Shown: in pieces, positions 24,874-36,197 of the stretch
Layout of the letters: every line of letters starts with the position of its first letter
Numbering within the stretch: the stretch's first letter is position 1
Assembly: GCA_965644265.1 (NCBI GenBank)
Contig: OZ286469.1
Span: 23,091,804 to 23,128,000, forward strand
From: Glycera tridactyla
Taxonomy: Eukaryota
Length of the DNA: 36,197 bases
Reading direction: 5' to 3'
The notes under the pieces: model-generated
The model's input: the letters and a program-made list of their open reading frames with translations, nothing else
The model's database searches: none
Told to the model about the DNA's origin: nothing
Translations under genes and position numbers: made by a program

Positions 24874-25326
24874 ATATCAGATAATGAAAAATACGACTTA
24901 CAAGGTGATCTTATTCCTCAAATCAAATACACAAGAGCACAAGGAATCGTATTCGAGTTCTAGGAAGAGGACTGCGCTCAGCAAATATTTCATGGACCCT
25001 GTGACATGCACATGTCAACGATGAGGAATTAAGAAAGAGAGTTTTGAGATGAGCATGGATCTGCATGTCAAGGGCTGTATCCGTACACACTGTACTCCGG
25101 GGTTCGCTACAAGATGGCTTGCTTCTTCTCATCACTTGTGCTCAATGTAGTCACGCTCACTCAGCAAGCTTGATCAATTGAAATAGCCGCCCATACTGGA
25201 TGCCGTATAACAATGCCCTACAAGTAATTCCACTCACAGTCAGTGAGATTTACATGAGAAGTTGTCTGATGGGAGGCATCCCGACACTTCTGGGGCTATC
25301 AGAGCTTTGAACATACATCAACTAGA

Positions 25327-25525
25327 CATTCACAGAACCAACCCATGCCAACGAATGTGCGTCTGTGAATGCAGTCTTCACTCCAAGTGATGAGACAGAA
25401 CACTCTTATTGGGTCTGCATAAGTGGCATTCACAGAACCAACCCATGCCAACGAATGTGCGTCTGTGAATGCAGTCTTCACTCCAAGTGTTGAGACAGAA
25501 CATCCTGATGGGTCTGCATAAGTGG
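25327..25525. repeat. 100-bp tandem duplication (2 copies)
   Basis: CATTCACAGAACCAACCCATGCCAACGAATGTGCG...GGGTCTGCATAAGTGG starts at 25327 and 25427; second copy 99 bp. Confidence 0.95.
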
Positions 25526-25849
25526 TAAGAATTTGGTATGACGAGATAGGTCAGACCTTCACCCAACCAATCAGTTTATTACTGGAATGACGGAACCCGA
25601 ACACACCTACAAGACCCCACATTGAACATATAATCAGATGGAATGCTTTGACTGAGACGTCCTTTCGACATTCCGTGACTGGGTTCGAGATGGAAGCTAA
25701 TTATACCCATTCAATGATATCCAAGCACACACATTCATCCATGCATTTATATGCATATATTCAATGTTAGATACATAATTCCAAAACCTCCATAGATATT
25801 ATGGAAAAGGGAAAGAACGAATACTCATTTGATGAGTATTTTATGAAAC

Positions 25850-26353
25850 TCAGGAACAGATTCCATTTTGTTCGACATTACCAAGTTGCAATGGGTTACG
25901 ATGCTTGAATATTTGCGTCGAGATTTGGTGAGGCATTAACGTGGTACTGATTTGCCCTACTTGCCTGCCCTCCTTTGTTGCCACTTTTGTTGACATAGCC
26001 AAATATGTTACTACTTCAATGAGGAGGGGTGCTTTCTAAGCTAGCGACTTTGAATATGAAAGTTGCAGGATATTTCATCCTTTGAGCATTCAGTGTATCA
26101 GGTTCCTCATGGATTGTCGTCTCTGCTAGATTCCGGAACATATTTGAGTCTCTTTGTGTCAGATTGTCATAGACGTTGTCACAATAGTAGGAAGGGAGAG
26201 GGGAGGCTATGAGTGTCTTATAGAGCATAAGAACTGTTGGTTGTTGATCACTGGGTGTAATCTGCCAAAAACTTTCACCCTACTAGACTGCATGTGTTTG
26301 GCATGTGAATTGAACCTAGGAGTGCTATCCAGTTTCACACCTAGATATTTGAA
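25850..26353 (-). mobile_element. Decayed LINE (CR1/L2-like) RT C-terminal fragment
   Basis: Minus translation FKYLGVKLDSTPRFNSH (26353-26303), then LYKTLIASPLPSYYCDNVYDNLTQRDS, matching KYLG..LD..L.F..H and LY+.L+.P...YCD.+Y. Confidence 0.85.
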
Positions 26354-27328
26354 CACAACTTAGAGATTTTCATGCCCCATGTTCGACCACTACGTCATCG
26401 ACTTTGCATATCATGGTTGGTGTCCCGACTAACAAAAAGGTACCAAAGGGACTGATCAAATAGCTTGTGCATATAGTGCATATTGAAAAAAAAAACACGC
26501 TGACCATTAGTCGAGAGTCAGTTATATTCGGGGTACGATAAGCTTCATCGAGACATGAGCCCCGGATCATTGGCCTCACCGTCAGATACCAGATTGTAAT
26601 TACTGTACGGAATACAATGTACATACCTGCAGGCGTCCTAATATTCGGTGGTAATCACTTGCTCACCTAAGAAACAGAAACATGTATACAAATCACCATC
26701 ACACCCTGTCCATTTCAGATGTGCGTCACTGAAAAAGGTGACATGCTCCGTCTTTTCCCGTCACCCACGGCTCTTCTTGCGTTGGCACATGTGCTACGTT
26801 ATTCTTCATTGGATGATTTGCGTGTGAATAAATTTGCGAACTGTATTATTTTTGAATTTGTGAATGTTTTAGAATCTTGTTGCGACGATGTCCCACTTCA
26901 CATCAGCCCGATTGTTGAATTGTTTGGGATAGTGCTGTCTTCGCACTTGAGATTTTCATATGAGTTTTTGAGATATCCGCCCACGGCTGGAGATATCTAT
27001 GCTATCACTCACTGCTCGACACGCACACTAACTTCGCCGATTCTGGCTCTCGAGGCTGATATCATCATATGAATCTTGATCGTAGCTGTGTGAAACGTAT
27101 AACTGATACAATATAACACAATTTAAGATAATTTTCTGATCTGATGAACGACAATTAGAGGGGATCTAGCGATTACATATTAGGCAATTCTCTCTACACT
27201 CGTTTTTGTGGCCGAGTACCGCAGCACACAGATCTCGGCAGCACGGATTCGGATGTGCAGCGCACAAATAGCGAGTGTGTGAGAGACAGCGTATCAAGGT
27301 CACGGCCCGAGATCGTCGGCGGGCTGGG

Positions 27329-27495
27329 TCTGTTTGTGCGTCTGTCTGTGTGTCTGTCTGTCTGATCCCCCCTCTGTCAGTCTGTGTGTCTATGTGTCTG
27401 TCTGTGTGTCTGTCTGTGTGTCTGTGTGTGTGTGTGTGTGTGTCTGTCTGTCTGTCTGACTGTCTGTCTCCCCCCCCCCCTCTCTCTCTCTCTCT
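27329..27495. repeat. Compound microsatellite (TCTG)n/(TG)n/poly-C/(TC)n
   Basis: Directly visible. Confidence 0.92.
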
Positions 27496-28762
27496 GAGGT
27501 TATATGATAACTTCTATTTTGTATCATCGTGTAATATCCATCACATCTAAAGCAGATTCGGTAACCCGTTCGGACAAACACTCTTCTAAATCAGTTAGGT
27601 CTGAAGTCACGACTGAAGAAGTCTTTCCTCCTATCAAATTTACGCGAGATTTTGTCTTCCTGGTGAGAAACCGAGTTGAGATGAAAACCAACTTGTTTCC
27701 AAACTCACGAGATATTTTACATGTGCAAATATCAGAGGGGCCCATGTTCAATTTTCGAGAGACGGAAAGGTACAGCTAGTCCTGGGTGCAAGCTTGGATC
27801 ACTACAGATCAGCTTGTTTGTTATCAGTTTGGGGCATGCAGCAGCTATTGTTAAAACCCACTGTTCAGGCTATCTGATTTAACTCAACGAGTCCATGTTT
27901 TCTGAGTCACCAGAGTATCTTCAATGACCTAACTCACGTTCCCAGATTCGAGTTCTGTAGTAACCCCCCCCCCCCCTCCCACCCCACGGGAGCCTGCATT
28001 CGATAGGCAGATATAACTGCGACTCTTACCAAATATACCTTCTATCTCTTCGATGCGGATCCAGAACAGCAGCGTGTTCAAAATGATGGTGTTACATGTG
28101 GGAGGTGTATAAACCCACACACAGAAACAAAGTTAATTGAAATATCGGAGGCTTAATTGTGTTTCACAACAAGGCGGATCTAGGTAGATAGACAAAATTC
28201 ATTCTGGAAGACGAGGTATTGCTTTCACATCTGCATAATAAATGGATGATGTGGAGAGATTATGCAGTCCAGACAAGCCAATCATGTGATGGAATTTATC
28301 TCAAGGAATTAGATGACGTCTAATGGTGGATAATCTGCCTCAGCCAGGTGGGATGCAGACAGTGTCAATATGCATCTCATGTCTGATTCATATCAATCAT
28401 CAATATGGCACACATACTCACCAACTATGTTTTCTTACCAACAACACGGCGTGTTAGCAAGAGTCTTCTTTCCTGTCAACTGTGTTATTGTACACGGACC
28501 CCCGGCATGTGAGATCGATAAAACTAACACAAGTATTTTGACAAGATCACACGTGTGGGATATTGATGTGCGTACATATCCACCAGCTACATGAGTGTAT
28601 ATGCATCAGCTCACATGTAACCTCACTCACTGTCTTATTACAGTTCAGGCATTGTGAATGTGGGGGCTGCAGGGCAGAGAGCATCTAGCTACCGGAGCCG
28701 AAGAAGACGTAGTATACATGATCTGCTGAATCAATGTGGAACCCAAACTAAACTCACAGTGG

Positions 28763-29595
28763 CCATCATGTGCTATGCCTGGGTGCAGTCCTTCACTTAT
28801 AGCGACCAACTCCATCATGTGCTATGTCTGAGTGCAGTCCTTCACTTATAGCGACCAACTCCATCATGTGCTATGACTGAGTGCAGTCCTTCACTTATAG
28901 CGACCAACTCCATCATGTGCTATGCCTGAGTGCAGTCCTTCACTAATAGCGACCAACTCCATCATGTGCTATGTCTGAGAGCAGTTCTTCACTCATAGCG
29001 ACCAACTCCATCATGTGCTATGACACAGTGCAGTCCTTCATTTATAGCGACCAACTCCATCATGTGCTATGACTGAATGCAGTCCTTCACTTATAGCGAC
29101 CAGCTCCATCATGTGCTATGACTGAGTGCAGTCTTTCACTTATAGCGACCAACTCCACCAGGTGCTATGTCTGAGTGCAGTCCTTCACTTATAGCGACCA
29201 ACTCCATCATGTGCTATGACTGAGTGCAGTCCTTCACTTATAGCGACCAACTCCATCATGTGCTATGACTGAGTGCAGTCCTTCATTTATAGCGACCAAC
29301 TCCATCATGTGCTATGCCTGAGTGCAGTCCTTCACTAATAGCGACCAACTCCATCATGTGCTATGTCTGAGAGCAGTCCTTCACTTATAGCGACCAACTC
29401 CATCATGTGCTATGACTGAGTGCAGTCCTTCACTTATAGCGACCAGCTCCATCATGTGCTATGACTGAGTGCAGTCCTTCATTTATAGCGACCAACTGCA
29501 TCATGTGCTATGACTGAGTGCAGTCCTTCACTCATAGCGACCAACTCCATCATGTGCTATGTCTGAGTGCAGTCCTTCACTTCTGGCGACCAACT
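28763..29595. repeat. 49-bp minisatellite, 17 copies
   Basis: Unit CCATCATGTGCTATGACTGAGTGCAGTCCTTCACTTATAGCGACCAACT at 28763, 28812, 28861, 28910 etc. Confidence 0.98.
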
Positions 29596-30441
29596 CCTGA
29601 CTCTGTATCATGCACTCAAACATATGGTTTCCTTCCCATATATGTGTTCTGTGAGGATTCACATCAATTCTAACTAAGCGGTGTGTTCAGCATAGTTAGG
29701 ATTCAGTCATGAATTTCGTGATGCTGTAGGCACTTGCCAGGGTCCGCGTGACAGCCTATGAGAGGGTATCCTGATGACAGGGTGATACCCCACCTTACTC
29801 CATTTTCTGGAAGAACTGCAGTTGATTCCGTCCACTATTCCCAGGTAGACCTCGGAGAAGGTGACACAGCCGTCTACTGTGGTGTCATATCTAAGAAAAT
29901 GAACAGCAAGAGCACGGCCCACATGAGATTCAGTGTAATCGAGAAGAAATCCATGTGAACGGATGGTCAAGTGGTAATCATTGCCTCTCCTCATAGAAGG
30001 CAGCATAGTGAACATGGAAGCTCTTCGTTGTTTGTCATCTATGGTGAGTCATGACGAAGCCACTTTAACGTTCTCATGCCAGCATCGTGATGTTTTGATT
30101 TGTGATCGTCTTTTAGGCCTGAGTTGCTACAGAAACCTTGATCAGGATAGCACGTCATTCCTAGGAGTCCCTTTTCACTGACCCTCATTTATCGACTAGT
30201 ATTTTCCGGCAGCGTAATTGTCTACGATGGATGTTGAATTATCGGAATCTGGAAATAAATTAGTTTTGAATTTTCTAGTGTCTTTTTATGTGACTGTAAT
30301 TGGAATGAATCACCTACGGTCGACAGTATATTGCGTTTACACAAATCTCCACAATTGGTTGATAATTCCTAAGTGGGTGCTATCTGTCTAGCCTGGCAGA
30401 CTCTGCCTGATTGTGGCCTGTCCAGCGTGTCAGTCCAGCAC

Positions 30442-30800
30442 GGCAGACTCTGCCTGTGGGTCTTCAACTGATCTTATATGACTAGTGTGGCAGACGCTGC
30501 CTGTGGGTCTTCAACTGATCTTATATGTCTAGTGTGGCAGACTCTGCCTGTGGGTCTTCAACTGATCTTATATGTCTAGTGTGGCAGACTCTGCCTGTGG
30601 GCCCTAACTGATCGTATATGTCTAGTGTGGCAGACGCTGCCTGTGGGTCTTCAACTGATCTTATATGTCTAGTGTGGCAGACTCTGCCTGTGGGTCTTCA
30701 ACTGATCTCATATGTCTAGTGTGGCAGACGCTGCCTGTGGGTCTTCAACAGATCTTATATGTCTAGTGTGGCAGACTCTGCCTGTGGGTCTTCAACTGAT
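30442..30800. repeat. 47-bp minisatellite, about 7.5 copies
   Basis: Unit CTAGTGTGGCAGACTCTGCCTGTGGGTCTTCAACTGATCTTATATGT at 30482, 30529 etc.; partial related copy near 30396. Confidence 0.97.
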
Positions 30801-31407
30801 TCGACATCTTGCCTAACATTAGTTTGACACAACCTTCAGGGATTTGAGGATCATATTTAAAACATGTTTATTTTGATCCAACACTTCCGAAGTAATCTCT
30901 GCTAAAGGGAAGTGGTCAGCTATAACCGGTAGTCCAAGTCGTAGTGAGTTAGCACTCGATAATCAAACAGAGAAAAGGGTAATGTATCCACTGGTCAGTC
31001 CTGTGTGAATGGATGTTGGATGTGAGATGAAAGAAAGAGGAGACGTGCGTCATGATTTGAATATTCATATTATGCAGTAGCATCAGTGCTGGAGGCGGTT
31101 GCTGTTTGGAATGCGTCTCACATTTGATGCTGCTTGCCCAGTTTGTTATTTGCCAGGTGCTCGTCACTGTCTTGACGCACGTGTACATGCAAGTCACGCA
31201 CATCTGTGTCGGTGTCGAGTGGGCCTGTATATGTGTGCACGACTATGTCAACTGCTGTTGGCGTGTGTGTACGTGTGACTGGCTGTAGGTATGCAGGTGC
31301 ACATTCATCCACGTCATGTGCTGGGTGTCAAATGTGCTGTTTTGCGCTTGGGTAATTGGACCAAAGGTCAATCAATTGATCCATCAATGAAATTATGATT
31401 GAAGTGA

Positions 31408-31700
31408 CCAACCAGTATTCATTTTTCGATCCATCAATTGGCCAACCCTCAATCAATCAATCAATCAAATATTCTTTAAAGCGCCTTGATTATCAGCCAT
31501 GATCCCCGCCGTTTCCCCGCCCATTTATCCTCTCAAGCAATTGACTTACTCTGTCAATCTCTTCTGACATAGCCCTGCGTCATTATAACCACCCTCCTTT
31601 GAATTCTATCAAGTTGTATCTGCTGCGTCTGTGCGTTTCTCTTCAACTTCTCACCATCGACCCCCTTCTCTCTCTCCAGCTTTCAAGACCGACTGATTGA
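31408..31700 (-). mobile_element. Possible 3' end of a non-LTR retrotransposon with (GATT)n tail
   Basis: Minus strand ends AAGGCGCTTTAAAGAATATTTGATTGATTGATTGATTGA, resembling simple-repeat LINE tails; weak upstream peptide hints (QLDRIQRR). Clade not assignable. Confidence 0.3.
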
Positions 31701-33658
31701 AGAAACAACCACTAGCCCAGTCCTAATTATTAACCGGGAGTCATGTGCTAAGCAGGTAGCGTACAAATTCAACTGATGATGTCGGTATGGTCCTCTCAAG
31801 GTATTCCGTCTTCGATATACACACCATCACCATAGCTGGTCGGACCAATTGGAGACTGGCCTATACGACAGAGAGAATAGCCTGCGATTTCAGAGAGCTT
31901 GAGGAATGGTTCAGATACTTAGTTCCATTCAAATGCTTAGAGAATAGCTTGTGTAAGTTTTGTTATTTGATTGAGTTCCATTATGCGGTTAGGTTCCATC
32001 GTATCCTCCACGATGAAATAGCTAACATTGGATGGATGATTCTGCCTGTGGAATGGTAGGTGTCTGTATATATAGTGTGAGACGTTTGTATCAACTCCTT
32101 CATCACAAAAGATCCGAGCGGGGTATTTGATTCAGTGTTAAGACCAGCGGATGTCTGACAACCTGTCTACTAGCATATCAATATCGTTCTGGAGGCACGG
32201 ACCCTTCAGTTGTAAGGTTTCTCCGATTCGCCAGCAGATATGAAATGGATACTGTGCTGGGAGGGGGGGGGGGGGGCGACTGGCATGAGCTCAAGGATGG
32301 GGTGAATCACTGGCTTGTAGATGAAGGTCACCTCCACTCTCAACCAACCAACAGACCAGCATAGCAGTGTCAGAAGGACACACAAGACCTTCACTGCTGC
32401 CTCCAGGGATCTCCGCATTCAAAAATAGTGTTAGGCCAGACAGCGCAATTGGAAGCAACTCGCGTTTCTCGATGATGTTGAAAAACAAACCAAGAATATT
32501 CATCGATGGCGCCTCCTGCTGTGAATCCAACGTGATTTATCCGAGATGTGAGTTTTTCATATGCAAGTAGGGAGCGCGACACTCCTAGAAAGAACCATCA
32601 TCTATCATTCGTCGAAGAGGATTATAGAAGAGTTGGGTGCAAGATCAATATCTGGTATCATGCAATGCGAGTGATTACTTCGTTTATCGGTCAATTCCCT
32701 GCATCTCCCTCAGATGTGGCTAGCAAACACAAAGTCCCATTAGCGATGCAGTGGAACATTACCGGACTGAAATGACTTTTTTCTGGCATCAATGAAGACA
32801 CAAAGATCGGAGATCGATTATGTAATGGGGAGATGTGATCATGTGTTCACGCGTAAGGGGGAATCATAATCCACTTTAGAATATACTTTCCCCGCAATGA
32901 ACACGCACCGTGCGGCCACTGGAATAAAACGAGTGAGGAAGATGTGATAAGAAGAACCAATCATTCGATGAAAAACGTCTGAGTCTGGCTCGGCAGGATG
33001 TTCGCCTCTCGGGGTCGACGTAAACAAGCTAATGCACACAGAAGAATGAGATTCGCAGTTCTGCTGCCCCAAATTGATCGTCAACACCCGTGAATAGGAT
33101 TGTGTGTTCCATCATGGAAATTGATCGAGTCACTGCATAGCCACTGCCAATCCACTACAAGACACAATCGATGCCGTCCTGCTCCCAAATCGAATACATT
33201 GACTTACTTTACCCCAGATCGGCATGCCGATGCCCCCCCCCCCCAACCACGCCTCCACACCCCTTCGACTTTCACCTTCTCTGGACAGCAGTGAGAAAGA
33301 TATGACCTCGACTGAGATTGAATCACGAGATGGAAAAATAAGGCGGACTGTTGATAGAGTTCGGACATGCAGCCGTGATGGATCCAGGGTGGGTAGAATA
33401 CTATTTGCCGTGGGTTGGGACAATAATGCAGTCAGTGACGGAGCCGGTCAGTCTCAGCAGACTGTATGCAGTAGGCTAGAAAATCGTGATCAGTCGACCT
33501 GTACTCGACTTCATCACTGATGAAAATGATTATGTCAGGGAATCCTCAACACGATGTGACTACTAACACTATGTGGAAAGATATAAAAGCTGATCTTAGA
33601 AAATTGAGAGGTCAAGATATTTGAGTGAAAAGTGTGACCTCTACTGATATGTGCATAT

Positions 33659-33891
33659 NNNNNNNNNNNNNNNNNNNNNNNNNNNNNNNNNNNNNNNNNN
33701 NNNNNNNNNNNNNNNNNNNNNNNNNNNNNNNNNNNNNNNNNNNNNNNNNNNNNNNNNNNNNNNNNNNNNNNNNNNNNNNNNNNNNNNNNNNNNNNNNNNN
33801 NNNNNNNNNNNNNNNNNNNNNNNNNNNNNNNNNNNNNNNNNNNNNNNNNNNNNNNNNNNNNNNNNNNNNNNNNNNNNNNNNNNNNNNNNNN
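33659..33891. other. N-run (233 bases)
   Basis: Undetermined or masked bases; followed by simple repeats. Confidence 1.
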
Positions 33892-33906
33892 ATCACCATC
33901 ATCCCC

Positions 33907-33943
33907 ACAACAACAACAACTACTACTACTACTACTACTACTA
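33907..33943. repeat. (CAA)n(CTA)n compound microsatellite
   Basis: ACAACAACAACAACTACTACTACTACTACTACTACTA. Confidence 0.92.
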
Positions 33944-34580
33944 GCGGTGATGATAATGATATCAATATTAATGACAATAATGCTAACAACTACTATTAAG
34001 TATGAACCGTGTGCGGCATGAATGTCACCTTGATAATCATATATGGACCAAGCCTGGATCTCGTCGCAGCCCACTCCCACATTCTGGCTACGTGTTACTG
34101 AATAGCTTCAGCTAAATCAGGCCCATGGTGGGAATGACCAGATGACGGTTCGTGTTTTCATCGCTGAGTATCTTGGTGTGGACGTCCCAGAATGTATTTC
34201 TCTGATATTCTCTATCGATAGCACAGCCTCCCGTGACGGCAAAGCACATTATAGGGCGCGGACACAGATGGCATTCACTCAATCATGATGCCGATAGGAC
34301 TCGCTGAAAGGCCTATACATAATTCACAGTATCCAATCCCCTGCCATCATTGAAGTATCATCCGCCGGAATCCAGGCCGGGGTCATTACATGTTCAAGTA
34401 ATGCTCAACATACGGCCTGACTTGAGTGTGCAATGGATCATCTCTTAGTGAGCCCGCACTCCCGCACTAATCCCGGCCACGACCATCTCTTGCTGCGACA
34501 TGTCTCCACCAATACAAACCGTAATCGCCCTCTCAATCCGCTCATCCCTCCATCTGCTTGCCTGCCTGTTTGTCCGTCTG

Positions 34581-34737
34581 NNNNNNNNNNNNNNNNNNNN
34601 NNNNNNNNNNNNNNNNNNNNNNNNNNNNNNNNNNNNNNNNNNNNNNNNNNNNNNNNNNNNNNNNNNNNNNNNNNNNNNNNNNNNNNNNNNNNNNNNNNNN
34701 NNNNNNNNNNNNNNNNNNNNNNNNNNNNNNNNNNNNN
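34581..34737. other. N-run (157 bases)
   Basis: Undetermined or masked bases; preceded by CCTG/TCTG-like repeats. Confidence 1.
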
Positions 34738-35713
34738 GTTGTCGTCTTCAATTCTACAAATCAGCAAACTGTCATGTATCGGCGATATGGCATCTGCGTG
34801 ACAACCACCATACCATCCAGTTGAACCTACTTGTCGATCGAGTCCAGGACAGAATCTGCAGCGATGCCAGTGTCCAACCGGGAGATATCACCGGCAATAT
34901 TCGACTTCTTTCACATCGATGCTTGGGAAGTTGACAGCAAATAAAGGCATGCTGGCCGTCGACCAACAAACTGAGATGAGACCTAGAGGAATTCTCATAG
35001 ATACAAAGAGGTCGAAGGGGAGGGAGATATATATATATACAGAGTGTCATGACCCAGATATCGTAAGACTTCCTGCTAGTTGAGGGCCATGGATTTCCTT
35101 CATGCTACAAATCACATGATGTAGACATGCCATTTTCATTCTATTTAGTGAAACACAATGGTTGATGGCGGATGGCGTGTGTTGGCGGTTCTGTGATTTC
35201 CCTGATGATACAGGTAAGTTGAATCACGTGATATGGAGTCTCTTTCTGCCCCTACTGTCTGCTTCCGTCCCGCATTTGACAGCGGGCCTCAAATGCAGCC
35301 TGAATTCAAATCTCAAGGTATTGATGCCTACACATAATGTAGTATCACTATCATACTTGCCACCATCCCACCTGCCATGGCCACTTGACAAAATCAATAT
35401 ATATCATCGTGAGGGATAATGTTTAGAAACCAGAAATGGCATCAGAACTTGGGTTGGGCGAGACATTGTCCAGTCAGTGAGTGTTAGCTGGACAGACACA
35501 AACTTTGAGTAAGTGTGAAATGATGCAAAAGTGAGCCAGTTGGCTTGTAATTGTCGTCACTGCGTGTGCTGGCAGTGAATGATCACACCTGTCAGTAAAG
35601 GCTACTTGTGCTCAGTCACCTCCAAGAAGCGCACGTGGCTGGCGTCCGTCAATACAGCTTAACTAGTGCAGCCAGACGGTTTGTATTCTCCTCCCATCCT
35701 GCCCTCATCCACC

Positions 35714-36197
35714 CTCACAGCTCCTGCTCCCCAATAGAACTGACCACGTCCGCAGAATGACCAGGCTGTAACCGCCAGCACTCACACTGCTGCCCCCAAT
35801 AGAACTGACCACGTCCGCAGGATGACCAGGCTGTAACCGCCAGCACTCACACTGCTGCCCCCAATACAACTGACCACGTCCGCAGGATGACCAGGCTGTA
35901 ACCGCCAGCACTCACACTGCTGCCCCCAATACAACTGACCACGTCCGCAGGATGACCAGGCTGTAACCGCCAGCACTCACACTGCTGCCCCCAATAGAAC
36001 TGACCACGTCCACAGGATGACCAGGCTGTAACCGCCAGCACTCACACTGCTGCCCCCAATACAACTGACCACGTCCACAGGATGACCAGGCTGTAACCGC
36101 CAGCACTCACACTGCTGCCCCCAATAGAACTGACCACGTCCACAGGATGACCAGGCTGTAACCGCCAGCACTCACACTGCTGCCCCCAATAGAACTG
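35714..36197. repeat. 65-bp minisatellite, at least 7 copies, runs off the window end
   Basis: Unit CCAGCACTCACACTGCTGCCCCCAATAGAACTGACCACGTCCGCAGGATGACCAGGCTGTAACCG; ORF track repeats with 65-bp offset. Confidence 0.97.

Noticed and set aside
7424-24888. 15-mer ATATCAGATAATGAA shared (inverted) beside two N-runs, 7424-7438 and 24874-24888
   Set aside because: About one 15-mer match is expected by chance in 36 kb.
22150-25840. 9-bp perfect hairpins at 22150-22171 and 25820-25840
   Set aside because: AT-rich short stems are expected by chance, and intrinsic terminators are not relevant to this context.
26690-27780. 117-aa ORF and a possible non-autonomous DNA transposon
   Set aside because: No domain similarity; best candidate terminal repeats match only about 10 of 14 and there is no TSD.
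29700-30250. Possible apurinic endonuclease remnant (FTWISSRL) on the minus strand
   Set aside because: One partial motif only; GDFN and SDH motifs not found.
32350-32800. RTE-like C-terminal hints on the plus strand (SIIRRRGL, NIHRWRLL)
   Set aside because: Fragments fall in different frames and lack the W.GH motif; indistinguishable from chance by eye.
505-36197. 37-65 bp repeat arrays as CRISPR arrays
   Set aside because: Units are head-to-tail with no unique spacers, there are no cas genes, and the context is eukaryotic.
1-36197. tRNA, rRNA or tRNA-derived SINE
   Set aside because: No paired A-box/B-box or cloverleaf found; isolated GGTTCGA-like words lack context.

Overview
Repeat-rich eukaryotic genomic DNA of metazoan type (inference from simple repeats, decayed non-LTR retroelements and GT-AG splice-like signals). 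I find no complete or identifiable gene, no RNA gene, no CRISPR array and no prokaryotic-type system. The long ORFs in the track are artefacts of stop-free tandem repeats or N-runs. The window holds eight minisatellite arrays of about 7-27 copies (units 37, 38, 41, 47, 49, 53, 55, 65 bp), three short duplications (22, 28, 100 bp units), at least five decayed CR1/L2-like LINE reverse-transcriptase fragments, a possible Crypton-type tyrosine-recombinase remnant, microsatellites and six N-runs (1,583 bases). A few splice-flanked open frames may be exons of an unidentified host gene. Worth a second look: a 79-nt hairpin with a perfect 17-bp stem, higher-order structure in three arrays (including an exact 480-bp duplication), an array carrying an AP-1/ARE-like site in nearly every unit, and the putative Crypton fossil. 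I cannot support a claim of a novel biological system.
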